Source of the DNA: Candidatus Gribaldobacteria bacterium
GTDB lineage: Bacteria > Patescibacteriota > Minisyncoccia > Minisyncoccales > CG1-02-41-26
Direction: 5' to 3'
NCBI GenBank assembly: GCA_026396705.1
Contig: JAPLWE010000064.1
Location: 1-46,285 of the forward strand
Length of the DNA stretch: 46,285 nucleotides
Shown in pieces: positions 14,974 through 24,603 of this stretch; within the stretch, counting starts at the first letter, position 1; every line of letters starts with the position of its first letter. Under the pieces are notes generated by a model. It saw only the letters and a list, made by a program, of their open reading frames with translations, did not search any database and had not been told where the DNA came from. The position numbers and the translations under genes were made by a program.

Positions 14974-17886
14974 ATGAAATTCAATGAGCAGGTGACAATT
15001 GAGGGGTATATTATTAAGTTTATTAAAGATAAGCTGGGGTTTGAGTATATCAAGCCCGAGGAGTTTGCGGGGTTGAGGGGGCTGGAGAGCGAGTATATTA
15101 TTACCTCGCAACTTTTGGAGGCGGTGAAAAGAATAAACAATGTTGATGATGAGGTGGCGCAAACCGTGGTTCGGGAAGTTAAAAAAATTGATAGCAACCA
15201 AGAATTTTTGCATAAACTCCGCAATGGCATCAATCTTAAAAATCCAGCCACAGGAAACTTTCAGGATTATAGGTTGCTTGATTTTGAGAAGCCAGAAAAC
15301 AATCACTTTGTGGTTACTAACCAGTTTTATTTTGAGGGCAACGCCGAAAATATCCGAGCCGATGTGATGGTTTTTGTGAATGGGCTTCCCCTGGTGGTTA
15401 TTGAAGCCAAAAGCCCCACGGCTTCAGAAAGTGTTAGCTTTGAAAATGGCATTGACCAGATCAAGCGATACGAAAAAAATGCTCGCCGATTGTTTATTCC
15501 GAATTGCTTTAATATCGCCAGCGACGGCTTAAAAACTGTCTATGGGGCAACGGGCGCCTCCAAACAATACTTTTTTCAGTGGAAAGATGTTGAAATTGAA
15601 AAAGAGTTTGGGGGCGAGTTGGAAATGACGCTTTTTTCTTTGCTTTTCAAAGAAAATCTTTTAGATATTATTCAAAATTTTATATTGTTTGAAAAAGAAA
15701 AAGAGAAGCTGGTGAAAAAAATTGCCCGCTATCAGCAAATGCGAGCCACCAATAAAATAGTGGCAAGAGTTGTTACCAAAGAAAAACAGCAAGGCCTTAT
15801 CTGGCACACGCAAGGGTCGGGCAAAACTCTCACAATGTTTTTTACCGCCTGGAAACTGCGGTTTAATAAATTGCTAGCCAATCCCAAGGTGTTTATTTTG
15901 GTTGATAGGGTGGATTTGGACGATCAGATATTTGAAACATTTATCAATGCTGGGGGTAAAAATGTTGAGCGGGTTACTTCCAGAAAAGATTTAGAAGACA
16001 AAATACAAGCCAAAGCCAGCGGGATATTTATTTCTACTATGCAAAAGTTTTCCGAGCTTGGCAATAAAGTGGAAAATTTGGACGAGAATGTGATTATTTT
16101 ATCCGATGAAGCTCACCGAGGCAACGAAGGCGTGTCGGGCATCAATATGCGCCACGCGTTTAAGAAAGCGTTTTTCTTTGGATTCACTGGCACGCCAGTT
16201 GATAAAACCCACACTAACACTTTTCGCAATTACGAGGGAGAAGGTAAGCGCTATTTGGATTATTATTCTATCCAGCAGGCTATTGATGATGGGGCAACAA
16301 TTCCCGTAACTTATGAGGCGCGGCTTTCAAAATTTGCCATTGCTGGTGATAAATTAGACGAGGAGTTTGAAAAAATATCAGGCGACCTTTCAGACAAACA
16401 AAAAACCGAGCTAATGAAAAAACACGCCCGAAAGGCGGCCTTAGTAAAACTGCCAAAACGGATGGAAGCGGTGGCCAAAGATATTGTAGAGCATTACAAG
16501 CTTTATGTGGCGCCAAACGGATTTAAAGCGCAGATTGTGGCTTACGACAGAGAGGCGGTGGCTGGTTATAAAAAACTGTTGGATAAGCTTGTGCCAGCTG
16601 AATGGTCGGCGGTGGTTTATTCACCCGGCGACCCAAACAGCGACTCGGATGATTTAAAAGTTTATAACACCAGCAAAAGAGAACGCGAGCAAGTTATTGA
16701 GAAATTTAAAGATCCAAAATCGTCTTTGCGGTTTCTTTTAGTGTGCGATATGTTGCTAACCGGTTTTGACGCGCCCATTGAACAAGTAATGTATTTAGAC
16801 AAAGCGTTGCGCGACCACAATTTGTTGCAGGCGATTGCCCGCACTAATCGCGTGTATAAAAACAAAGAAGCGGGAAAAATTATTGATTATTATGGCATCA
16901 CTCGCAATCTTTACGACGCCTTGGATTTTGACGAGGATGTGGTTGATTCAGCCATGATTGATATTGAAAGAATAAAAGAGCGGTTTGTGAATGTTTTGAA
17001 CGATACGATGAAAATATTTATTGGCGTGAATATAGAAGACCCATCAATAGACAACTTACGAAGATGTTTGAAAATTTTTATTGATAATCAAGACAAGCAG
17101 AAGTATTTTATGGAAAAGTACGCCAAGCTTAAAAGCTTGTTTGAATTTCTATCGCCTGATCCATTTTTAAAGCAATATATTCGGTCGTTTGAATGGGTAA
17201 CCAGTTTTTACTTGGCATTTTTAAAAGAATTTCAAACCAGCCAAGATAGATACTTGCTTGAAGAGTATGGTGAAAAAGTAAAGGCGCTAATTCAAAAAAG
17301 CGATATTATTGATTACGAGGGCATTACCAAGAATTTTAGAGAGCTTCGGGTAGACGATTTATACACACTTGAGCGGCTAAAAGGAATGGACGAAGAGCAA
17401 AAAGCGCTTAATCTTGAAAAAATGCTTAAGCAGGAGATTTCCATTAACCTTGATGAAAATCCAGCTTATCAAAAGTTTAGCGAGCGGCTTATGGCCATAA
17501 GGCAAGAATTTGAGCAAAATCAGATTGATCTGGCTGAAAGAATTCGCCGGTATGAGCAATTAATGAAAGATATTAGAACAAAGGGGAACGAGGCCAAAGA
17601 AATGGGGCTTGACTTAAAAGAGTATGCTTTATATGTGATTTCGCAGGAGTTTGTTGAAGCCGGTAAAGATGAAGCGATCAAAGAATTTGTAAAAGAATTA
17701 CGAGTTCGCGTTGAAGATGAGCTTGATGCAGGTTGGCAAGAGTCCTCAAAGCGAGATGCGTTTATCAAAGATGTAAAGCAAAATTTGCAAGAGCTTATTT
17801 TGCGAGATTATAAGGACAGATTTAGCGTAAAAGATTTTCCAAAGTTCTTGAATAGGTTGGTAGATATAATCACTAAAAAGTTTTAG
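14974..17886 (+). CDS. hsdR: Type I restriction endonuclease subunit HsdR
   Basis: N-terminal nuclease motif RADVMVFVNGLPLVVIEAKSP, then helicase motifs HTQGSGKTLTMF and ILSDEAHRG. 970 aa. Confidence 0.93.
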   Translation: MKFNEQVTIEGYIIKFIKDKLGFEYIKPEEFAGLRGLESEYIITSQLLEAVKRINNVDDEVAQTVVREVKKIDSNQEFLHKLRNGINLKNPATGNFQDYRLLDFEKPENNHFVVTNQFYFEGNAENIRADVMVFVNGLPLVVIEAKSPTASESVSFENGIDQIKRYEKNARRLFIPNCFNIASDGLKTVYGATGASKQYFFQWKDVEIEKEFGGELEMTLFSLLFKENLLDIIQNFILFEKEKEKLVKKIARYQQMRATNKIVARVVTKEKQQGLIWHTQGSGKTLTMFFTAWKLRFNKLLANPKVFILVDRVDLDDQIFETFINAGGKNVERVTSRKDLEDKIQAKASGIFISTMQKFSELGNKVENLDENVIILSDEAHRGNEGVSGINMRHAFKKAFFFGFTGTPVDKTHTNTFRNYEGEGKRYLDYYSIQQAIDDGATIPVTYEARLSKFAIAGDKLDEEFEKISGDLSDKQKTELMKKHARKAALVKLPKRMEAVAKDIVEHYKLYVAPNGFKAQIVAYDREAVAGYKKLLDKLVPAEWSAVVYSPGDPNSDSDDLKVYNTSKREREQVIEKFKDPKSSLRFLLVCDMLLTGFDAPIEQVMYLDKALRDHNLLQAIARTNRVYKNKEAGKIIDYYGITRNLYDALDFDEDVVDSAMIDIERIKERFVNVLNDTMKIFIGVNIEDPSIDNLRRCLKIFIDNQDKQKYFMEKYAKLKSLFEFLSPDPFLKQYIRSFEWVTSFYLAFLKEFQTSQDRYLLEEYGEKVKALIQKSDIIDYEGITKNFRELRVDDLYTLERLKGMDEEQKALNLEKMLKQEISINLDENPAYQKFSERLMAIRQEFEQNQIDLAERIRRYEQLMKDIRTKGNEAKEMGLDLKEYALYVISQEFVEAGKDEAIKEFVKELRVRVEDELDAGWQESSKRDAFIKDVKQNLQELILRDYKDRFSVKDFPKFLNRLVDIITKKF

Positions 17887-17891
17887 AGGTT

Positions 17892-18434
17892 ATGGAAAAT
17901 AAAATTTCTTATAAACTTAAAAGGAGTAAAAGAGCAAAGCGAATGCGCCTTGCGGTATATTGTGATGGTAGTGTGGTAGTTACCAGCCCACTTGGGGTAG
18001 AACAACCAATTATTGAAAAGTTTATAACGCAAAAGTCGCAATGGGTTATTGGTAAATTGGAATATTTTAAGAGCATTTCAGTGCAGGCATTTGTAAAAGG
18101 CGGCAAAAGAGATTATAAAAAGCATAAAGAATTTGCTTTGGCTTTAGCGCAGAGGAGGATTGAGTATTTTAATAAAGTTTACGGTTTTGAATTTAACAAA
18201 ATAAATATTAAAAACCAGAAAACCCGCTGGGGGAGTTGTTCGCGAAAAGGCAATTTGAATTTTAACTACAAAATTGTTTTGCTTTCGGAGCGATTGGCCG
18301 ATTATATTATTTGCCATGAGTTATGCCACTTAAAAGAGTTTAACCACTCGCAAAAATTTTGGAATCTGCTGGCCAAAGCCGTGCCGGATTATTTGGATAT
18401 AAGAAAAGAATTAAAGAAAAGTAGAATAAATTAA
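17892..18434 (+). CDS. DUF45/YgjP-type (M48-like) zinc metallopeptidase
   Basis: TRWGSCSRKGNLNFNYKIVLL..DYIICHELCHLKEFNHSQKFW contains the HExxH motif in its family context. This family is commonly linked to hsdR. Confidence 0.85.
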   Translation: MENKISYKLKRSKRAKRMRLAVYCDGSVVVTSPLGVEQPIIEKFITQKSQWVIGKLEYFKSISVQAFVKGGKRDYKKHKEFALALAQRRIEYFNKVYGFEFNKINIKNQKTRWGSCSRKGNLNFNYKIVLLSERLADYIICHELCHLKEFNHSQKFWNLLAKAVPDYLDIRKELKKSRIN

Positions 18435-18435
18435 C

Positions 18436-18480
18436 AAACCCCCTCAATATTGCTAAAGTTTAGAATGAGAGGGGGTTTTA
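18436..18480. terminator. Hairpin terminator between convergent genes
   Basis: AAACCCCCTC (18436-18445) pairs with GAGGGGGTTT (18469-18478). The stem is flanked by an A-run and a T-run. Confidence 0.65.
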
Positions 18481-18505
18481 ATTATTCTATTTTTTCGCAT
18501 CTTGC

Positions 18506-18730
18506 CTATTTCTTTCTGAAAATAATTCTCCCTCGGGTTAGATCATAAGGAGAAAGCTCAACCGTAACGATATCACCCGCTAATACTCTAATGTCATTTA
18601 TTCTCATTTTACCGGACAGATAGACCAGCGGCTTGAGACCACTGTCTAACTCTACTTCAAACATGCCTCTGGAGAGTGTTTTAATCACTTTGGCTTGCGC
18701 CTCTACTTTTTTCTGTGCTGGCATAGCCAT
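18506..18730 (-). CDS. infA: Translation initiation factor IF-1
   Basis: GMFEVELDSGLKPLVYLSGKMRINDIRVLAGDIVTVELSPYDLTRGRIIFR. A strong SD (AAGGAGGTG) lies upstream. Confidence 0.95.
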   Translation of the reverse strand: MAMPAQKKVEAQAKVIKTLSRGMFEVELDSGLKPLVYLSGKMRINDIRVLAGDIVTVELSPYDLTRGRIIFRKK

Positions 18731-18865
18731 GCACCTCCTTTTTAGAAAAAGCGAAAAGATAGAAATAATCTCTAATTTGAATATAGCACGGCTGATGTAA
18801 TCATCTCAATGGACAATTAAAGCAAAGTGCTTTATTATTGAGTAAACTTTTCAGACAAAAATTAT

Positions 18866-19999
18866 ATGGATATCAAAATAGATGAACTCGGCCCGCAATA
18901 TCTTTTAGAAGTAAATGACCCGAAAATAAAAATGAAGGGTTTTTTGGTTATTGATAATTTAGCTTTTGGCCCGGGCAAGGGCGGTATTAGAATGACTCCT
19001 AATGTTACTTTGGAAGAAGTTTCTCGCTTGGCTCGCGCCATGACCTTAAAAAACGCTTTGGTGGGCTTGCCTTTTGGCGGGGCTAAAGCGGGCATTGTTT
19101 GGCCGGGTGGCAGTGATGACTTAAAAAAACAATTTGTGCAAAGCTTTGCCAAAGCGATTAAACCATTGGCGCCGCAAAAATATATTGCTGGTCCCGATGT
19201 TAATACCGGAGAAAAAGAAATGAGCTGGTTTGTTGAAGCCACTGGCATTTGGAAGTCAGCCACGGGTAAGCCAGCTAATTTATGTTCTCCCAAAAATAAA
19301 TCGCAAGAAAAAAAATGCGGCTTGCCACACGAGTTAGGCAGCACTGGCTTTGGCGTGGCTCAAGCCGCCAAAACAGCTTTGGAAATGGCCAGCATAAATA
19401 TCAAAAATGCCACCGTAGCTATTCATGGCTTTGGCAATGTAGGCTCGTTTACTTATCAATTTTTAACAGAAATGGGCGCTAAGGTTGTTTTAATTGCTGA
19501 TAAAAGCGGAGTTATTTTTTCGGAAAATGGTTTTGCCAATAAAATAATGGAAAAAATGATTCAAGAGAAAAAAGAAGTTTGCCATTGCTCTGGGGATATT
19601 AAAAAATTGTCAGATAATGATTTTTGGAAAATTCCAGTTGATGTGTTGATTCCCGCTTCAGTAACCGATGTGATTAATCAAAGCAACCAAGGCCAAATTA
19701 AAGCCAAAGTAATTGTTGAGGCCGCCAACATTCCCATGAAAGAAGATATTGAGCATTTACTTTTCCAAAGAGGTATTTTAATTGTGCCCGACATTGTGGC
19801 CAACGCGGGCGGAGTAATTTCATCATACGCTGAATATCGGGGCTATCAGCCCAAAAGAATGTTTGACATTGTAGAGAAAAAAATTAAACAAATCGTGGAA
19901 ACTGTTTTGAAAGAGTCCTTAAAAAGTGGCGAAAACCCTCGCCATATCGCTTTGCGTTTAGCTAAAAAAAGAGTTTTAGAAAAAATGCGAAATAATTAG
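18866..19999 (+). CDS. Glu/Leu/Phe/Val amino-acid dehydrogenase family protein
   Basis: KGGIRMTPNVTLEEVSRLARAMTLKNALVGLPFGGAKAGI is the catalytic Lys region. The NAD fold motif is IHGFGNVG. Confidence 0.88.
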   Translation: MDIKIDELGPQYLLEVNDPKIKMKGFLVIDNLAFGPGKGGIRMTPNVTLEEVSRLARAMTLKNALVGLPFGGAKAGIVWPGGSDDLKKQFVQSFAKAIKPLAPQKYIAGPDVNTGEKEMSWFVEATGIWKSATGKPANLCSPKNKSQEKKCGLPHELGSTGFGVAQAAKTALEMASINIKNATVAIHGFGNVGSFTYQFLTEMGAKVVLIADKSGVIFSENGFANKIMEKMIQEKKEVCHCSGDIKKLSDNDFWKIPVDVLIPASVTDVINQSNQGQIKAKVIVEAANIPMKEDIEHLLFQRGILIVPDIVANAGGVISSYAEYRGYQPKRMFDIVEKKIKQIVETVLKESLKSGENPRHIALRLAKKRVLEKMRNN

Positions 20000-20104
20000 A
20001 CAAAACTTGATTTTTTGATTATTTAGGTTTAGGGTAGGGCTGAATTTGTAAAATAGCTTCATTAACAAAAGTAGTCTGATGGATTACAAAAGAGAGGATG
20101 TAAA

Positions 20105-20755
20105 ATGAATAATATATTGGCAGTTTTGTTTGATGCTGATGGCACTCTTATAGATTCGCGGGAGTGGGCATTGAAGTATTATTTTTTAGTGGCTAAAGAG
20201 TTGGGATTGCCAGAGGTAACGCATGAAGAATTTTTGGCTGTTTGGGCGATTCCTTGGAAACAATTACTCAATGCGCTCTGGCCGGGGGTTGATGTGGCAG
20301 CTTTTAACAAAGCCTGCGAGAAGTATGATCAAGGGCAATCCATTCCAGCGATAGCGGGTGCGAAAAAGGTTTTATACGAATTAAAGAAAAAAGAGAATTT
20401 TCTTTCTTTGATCAGCAACCGACGCCGCAGTTCTTTGGCAGAAAAAATGAGCGAGGTTGGTATGCCGTTTAACCTTTTTGATTATGTCCAAGCGGTAGAC
20501 GACTTTCCATTCTGTAAGCCAAACCCCCATGTTTTTGACCCCGTCTTATTTCTTCTGTCGGAGAGGGACATTCCAAGGTCAGAAGTAGTTTTTGTGGGTG
20601 ACACTCTGTCTGATTTAGAAGCCGCCAGAGGAGCTGATATAAAATTTATCGGCGTTCTAACTGGCGGAGCAACCAAACAGCAGTTTGTAACTGCTGGTCT
20701 TGACGAGGCATTCATTTTGGAATCTGTTAGGGATCTTCCAAAATTTTTAACATAA
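20105..20755 (+). CDS. HAD-superfamily hydrolase (phosphatase-like)
   Basis: Motif I is VLFDADGTLIDS. The late motif is VFVGDTLSDLEAARGA. Confidence 0.85.
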   Translation: MNNILAVLFDADGTLIDSREWALKYYFLVAKELGLPEVTHEEFLAVWAIPWKQLLNALWPGVDVAAFNKACEKYDQGQSIPAIAGAKKVLYELKKKENFLSLISNRRRSSLAEKMSEVGMPFNLFDYVQAVDDFPFCKPNPHVFDPVLFLLSERDIPRSEVVFVGDTLSDLEAARGADIKFIGVLTGGATKQQFVTAGLDEAFILESVRDLPKFLT

Positions 20756-20774
20756 AAATTTGTCAGAGCATAAA

Positions 20775-20809
20775 GCGGCAGAAACAAAAAGGAGGTCTGC
20801 TGCTTTTTT
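20775..20809 (+). terminator. Rho-independent terminator after HAD gene
   Basis: GCGGCAGA (20775-20782) pairs with TCTGCTGC (20796-20803) with one G-U pair. TTTTTT follows. Confidence 0.6.
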
Positions 20810-20838
20810 AATAGTTTAATTTTTGATAGGATAGAGTA

Positions 20839-20970
20839 ATGACAAAAAAATATCACAAAATTTCCACTTTTCATTTTTCGGGTCATCCGTTTTTTTTCTG
20901 GTTTGATTGGGTTTTAATTATTATTTCCGGAGTTTGGTTCAGGCAAGGGCTTGATATGGCGCACTCATGA
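20839..20970 (+). pseudogene. Orphan duplicate of the 5' end of the P-type ATPase gene (43 codons)
   Basis: MTKKYHKISTFHFSGHPFFFWFDWVLIIISGVW here compares with MTKRYHKISTFHFAGHPFYFWFDLILIIISVVV at 21918. By eye the nucleotide identity is roughly four in five positions over ~95 nt. After that the frame diverges and stops. Confidence 0.7.
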
Positions 20971-21823
20971 GAACTTAAAGAATGGCCTCTTCCACGAAGC
21001 TGGAGAATTAACTCAAGCAAATGTTCCTCGAGATGAAGAAGAGGAAAACGGAAATGTCAAAGAGCTTTTGATTGAAGATGCGCCAACTCCTGAAGAGCTC
21101 CAGCAAATTGAAGAGGAAATTGAAAAGGGAGAAGTGGCTCCTGACTTTTCTTTATTGCTGGAGGAAATGGAAAAAATAGTTGATGAGCAAATAATACCAG
21201 AGCCACCAAAAGAGATTTTGGAAGAACTGGATATAGATGCAGAGGAGGATATTATGGTTACAGAAAAGATAGCAAATGGGAGAGAGATTTGGTTGCAATT
21301 TAGCGACAGAAGCCGAGGGCGTCTTGAAGCTACTGGTATTACAGATATTGATCAGTTTTTGGAACTGGTCAAAAGTGGCGACGAGGGGATTACAAAGATT
21401 AGAGATGCCGTCAGCACGAATAAGAAAGTGGGGCGGTCATTTGAGGGAATGAATATTGTTTTGAAAAAATATGAGTTGCCACTTTTGCCTATCCGGAAAG
21501 GGCTCCATATTATCAGGAAAAAAGAAAGAAGTGCGCTGTTGGCCGAACAACCAGTTGAGTTAGTTAAGCCAGCAGAAATTTTTAGAGAAGTTGTAGTCGA
21601 CAATATTCCGACAGAGACAATTAATCCGACAGACATTTCATCGGCAATAATTGAAAAAGTTAGCTCACAGATTTTGGGGAGTCTTGGGCTAAAAACTGGA
21701 TTGGTCCAGCAAGTAAACAGAATTATAGTTCTTTTAGGTGAAGAAAAAGCGCTCGCTTGGCTAAAATCTCAAATTGATATCCTTGAGATTTTAGCTAGTA
21801 TTTCTGAGGCAAAAAATAAATGA
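20951..21823 (+). CDS. Acidic hypothetical protein (start uncertain; the track start is a TTG)
   Basis: 290-codon open frame in an AT-rich context, with a Glu/Asp-rich N-terminal half. The segment FSDRSRGRLEATGITDIDQFLEL resembles an RpoA-CTD-like helix-hairpin-helix. It has its own terminator. Confidence 0.5.
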   Translation: MIWRTHENLKNGLFHEAGELTQANVPRDEEEENGNVKELLIEDAPTPEELQQIEEEIEKGEVAPDFSLLLEEMEKIVDEQIIPEPPKEILEELDIDAEEDIMVTEKIANGREIWLQFSDRSRGRLEATGITDIDQFLELVKSGDEGITKIRDAVSTNKKVGRSFEGMNIVLKKYELPLLPIRKGLHIIRKKERSALLAEQPVELVKPAEIFREVVVDNIPTETINPTDISSAIIEKVSSQILGSLGLKTGLVQQVNRIIVLLGEEKALAWLKSQIDILEILASISEAKNK

Positions 21824-21835
21824 GCTTTATAAACT

Positions 21836-21880
21836 AAAGGAGGAAGTCAGCGCGCTTCCTCCTTTGTCTTTGGTTTTATG
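21836..21880 (+). terminator. Rho-independent terminator
   Basis: AAAGGAGGAAG (21836-21846), an 8-nt loop, CTTCCTCCTTT (21855-21865), then a T-rich tail. Confidence 0.75.
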
Positions 21881-21917
21881 CCTTGTGAGTTAGGGCAAGA
21901 AAAGTTAAAATAAAATA

Positions 21918-23798
21918 ATGACAAAAAGATATCATAAAATTTCTACTTTTCATTTTGCTGGCCATCCATTTTATTTTTGGTTTGACTTAATTTTGATTAT
22001 CATTTCGGTGGTTGTGCTTATTGCGGATTTTTTTGGCATTGATTATCTTGGCCAGCTTAATACGATTATTTTAATGGTGTTGGCGGTAGCGGGATTTTTG
22101 CCGGTGGCCATTAGCGCGCTTAAATCTTTATGGCATCGCCACCTTACCATTGATCTTTTGGCTGGCTTAGCTTTGGCTATGGCGTTTTTAAGCCGTCAGT
22201 GGCATTCGGCGGTGTTTATTTGTTTAATGTTAGCGTCGGCTCGTTTGCTTTTTCGCTTTACTGAAGGTCGAGCTAGAGCGGCCATACAAAGTTTATTTAA
22301 GTTGCGTCCAGAAACTGTGCATATCAAAACAGACTGTGGCATTATTAAAAAATCAATCAAAGATATTAAGCTGGGTGATTTGGTGGTGGTTGATGCGGGC
22401 GAGCGGGTGGCGGTTGACGGCGAGGTGGTTTCGGGCCAGGCCTCTTTGGATCAGTCCTCGCTTACTGGCGAATCAGAGCCAGTGCTCAAAGCGGTTGGTG
22501 ATTTAGTTTTTAGTTCAACTTTGAACGCAGCTGGTTCTATTATTGTTAAGGCTACTAAAATTGGAGCGGATACCACTTTTGCTAAAATCGTTAAACTGGT
22601 AGAGGCATCGCACGAAGCCAAGGCGCCCATTTCATCAATGGCCGATAAGTTTACCAGTTATTATATATTATTAACTTTTGTGGCGGCTATTTTAATTTAT
22701 GCATTTAGTCATAACTTGTTGTTGGTGCTTTCTATTCTGCTGGTTACTTGCGCTGATGATTTGGCAGTGGCTATTCCTTTAGCTTTTATGGCGTCTATGA
22801 CCGCCGCGGCCAAGCGGGGCATTATTATTAAAGGGGCAAATTATCTGGAAGGCTTTGCTAAAATTAAAACAATTGTTTTTGATAAAACTGGCACTTTAAC
22901 CAAGGGCAAACACAAGGCGCAAAAAGTTGTGGTGTTTAATGGCCAAACAGAAAATGAATTTTTGGCTATTTTAGCTGGATTAATGGATGAGTCTAACCAT
23001 CCCATGGCGCAGGCGGCTTATCGTTTCGCGCAAGAAAAAAATGTGAAGCCGTTAAATTTAGACGATGTCCACGAAGAGTCTGGGCTGGGTGTGAGAGGTG
23101 TTTTGCATGGCCAGACAGTTTGGGCGGGCAACTTGAAATTTTTACAAAACAATGGCGTTGAATTTTCAACTGACGAGCAAACGGCTTTTGAGCAAGAAAA
23201 ATTATTGGGTCGCAGTTTGATTGTGGTTGGCATGGACCACAAAGCCATTGGCTTTATCTCGTTGGCTGATGTGGTTAAAAAAGAGGCTATTCATGTTGTT
23301 GAAGAGCTCAAGAAGCTGGGTGTGGAAAAAATTTTTATGCTCACGGGCGATAATGAAACAGTAGCAACTAGCGTGGCTAAAGAAATTGGTATTAAAGATT
23401 TTCGGGCTGGGCTTTTGCCCCAAGACAAGGTTGATTTTTTGAAAGGCCTGCTTAACGAAAAAGATAAAACAGCTATGGTGGGCGATGGGGTTAATGATGC
23501 GGCCGCTTTGGCTATCGCTGATATTGGCGTAGCTATGGGGGCGGTGGGCTCGGATGTGGCCTTGGAAACGGCTGACATTGCCTTGATGAAAGATAATCTA
23601 CGCAACTTGGTTGATATTATTAAACTAGGCCGGCGCTCTTTGCAAGTGGTGCGTCAAAATTTTATTTTGTGGGGGGTAATTAATTGCTTGGGTTTATTGC
23701 TGGTGGCAGTGGGCGTTTTGGGTCCCAGCGGGGCGGCTGCTTATAATTTTTTAACTGATTTTGCGCCTTTACTTAATTCATTGAGATTGTTTAGGTAA
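21918..23798 (+). CDS. P1B-like (heavy-metal type) P-type ATPase without an N-terminal metal-binding domain
   Basis: LTGESEPV, the phosphorylation site FDKTGTLTKG, and the hinge MVGDGVNDAAAL. The transmembrane CPC position reads TCADD. Confidence 0.88.
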   Translation: MTKRYHKISTFHFAGHPFYFWFDLILIIISVVVLIADFFGIDYLGQLNTIILMVLAVAGFLPVAISALKSLWHRHLTIDLLAGLALAMAFLSRQWHSAVFICLMLASARLLFRFTEGRARAAIQSLFKLRPETVHIKTDCGIIKKSIKDIKLGDLVVVDAGERVAVDGEVVSGQASLDQSSLTGESEPVLKAVGDLVFSSTLNAAGSIIVKATKIGADTTFAKIVKLVEASHEAKAPISSMADKFTSYYILLTFVAAILIYAFSHNLLLVLSILLVTCADDLAVAIPLAFMASMTAAAKRGIIIKGANYLEGFAKIKTIVFDKTGTLTKGKHKAQKVVVFNGQTENEFLAILAGLMDESNHPMAQAAYRFAQEKNVKPLNLDDVHEESGLGVRGVLHGQTVWAGNLKFLQNNGVEFSTDEQTAFEQEKLLGRSLIVVGMDHKAIGFISLADVVKKEAIHVVEELKKLGVEKIFMLTGDNETVATSVAKEIGIKDFRAGLLPQDKVDFLKGLLNEKDKTAMVGDGVNDAAALAIADIGVAMGAVGSDVALETADIALMKDNLRNLVDIIKLGRRSLQVVRQNFILWGVINCLGLLLVAVGVLGPSGAAAYNFLTDFAPLLNSLRLFR

Positions 23799-23847
23799 AC
23801 TCGCTGAACATTGACAAGCTGGCTTAAATGGGTTTATATAAGAATAT

Positions 23848-24603
23848 ATGAAGGGATCAGAGCCAATTTTTATTAATAAAAGTTCAACGGTGGGCATTTT
23901 AATGTTGCATGGTTTCACTAGCACGCCTTGTCAGTTTAAGGAGATGGCCGAATTTTTGTCGGATAAAGGTTTTACAGTATACGCGCCTTTGCTGGCTGGG
24001 CATGGCACCTCACCCAAGGATTTAATGAACACTACGCCTGATGACTGGACAAACTCGGTGATGGACGCTTATTTATTGCTCAAGCAAAAAGTAGAGAAAG
24101 TAGTGGTGGTGGGTAATTCTTTTGGGGGTAATTTAGCTTTTTGGTTGGCTCAAAAAACTGCCGATGATTTAGCTGGAATTATTTCTTTTGGCTTGCCTAT
24201 ATTTTTGAATTTTCAGTGGTTTATTATGATGAGATATTATCTCTATGGCCGTTTCAAAACATATTATCACAAGCCTCCTTGGGCTTGTCAAAATGACAAA
24301 ATTAAAGAGGTCAATGAAGTGCTTTATGAGGATATTCCTATTAAGAGTTTGAAATATTTTTTGGATTTTATCAAAAACGAAACGATCCCTAATTTATCTA
24401 AAGTTAAATCGCCAATTTTGATCAATCACGCCAAGGCCGACCCACTCGCTCTCCCTAAAAGCGCCAGATATATTTATAAACATATTGGCTCTGATGTTAA
24501 AGAGCTCTATTGGCTCAATAGTCGTCGCCATACAACCATTAACGATAAAGTTAGAGATGAGTTTTTTGCTAAAATTTATCAATTTATAAAAAAAATTATA
24601 TGA
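23848..24603 (+). CDS. Alpha/beta hydrolase (carboxylesterase-like)
   Basis: MLHGFTSTP, the nucleophile elbow GNSFGG, and a late His (RRHTT). Confidence 0.8.
   Translation: MKGSEPIFINKSSTVGILMLHGFTSTPCQFKEMAEFLSDKGFTVYAPLLAGHGTSPKDLMNTTPDDWTNSVMDAYLLLKQKVEKVVVVGNSFGGNLAFWLAQKTADDLAGIISFGLPIFLNFQWFIMMRYYLYGRFKTYYHKPPWACQNDKIKEVNEVLYEDIPIKSLKYFLDFIKNETIPNLSKVKSPILINHAKADPLALPKSARYIYKHIGSDVKELYWLNSRRHTTINDKVRDEFFAKIYQFIKKII

Noticed and set aside
20482-20886. 134-codon minus-strand ORF spanning the HAD gene end and the ATPase-fragment region.
   Set aside because: It is antisense to the HAD gene and crosses its terminator. The translation is low-complexity, so I take it as an artefact.
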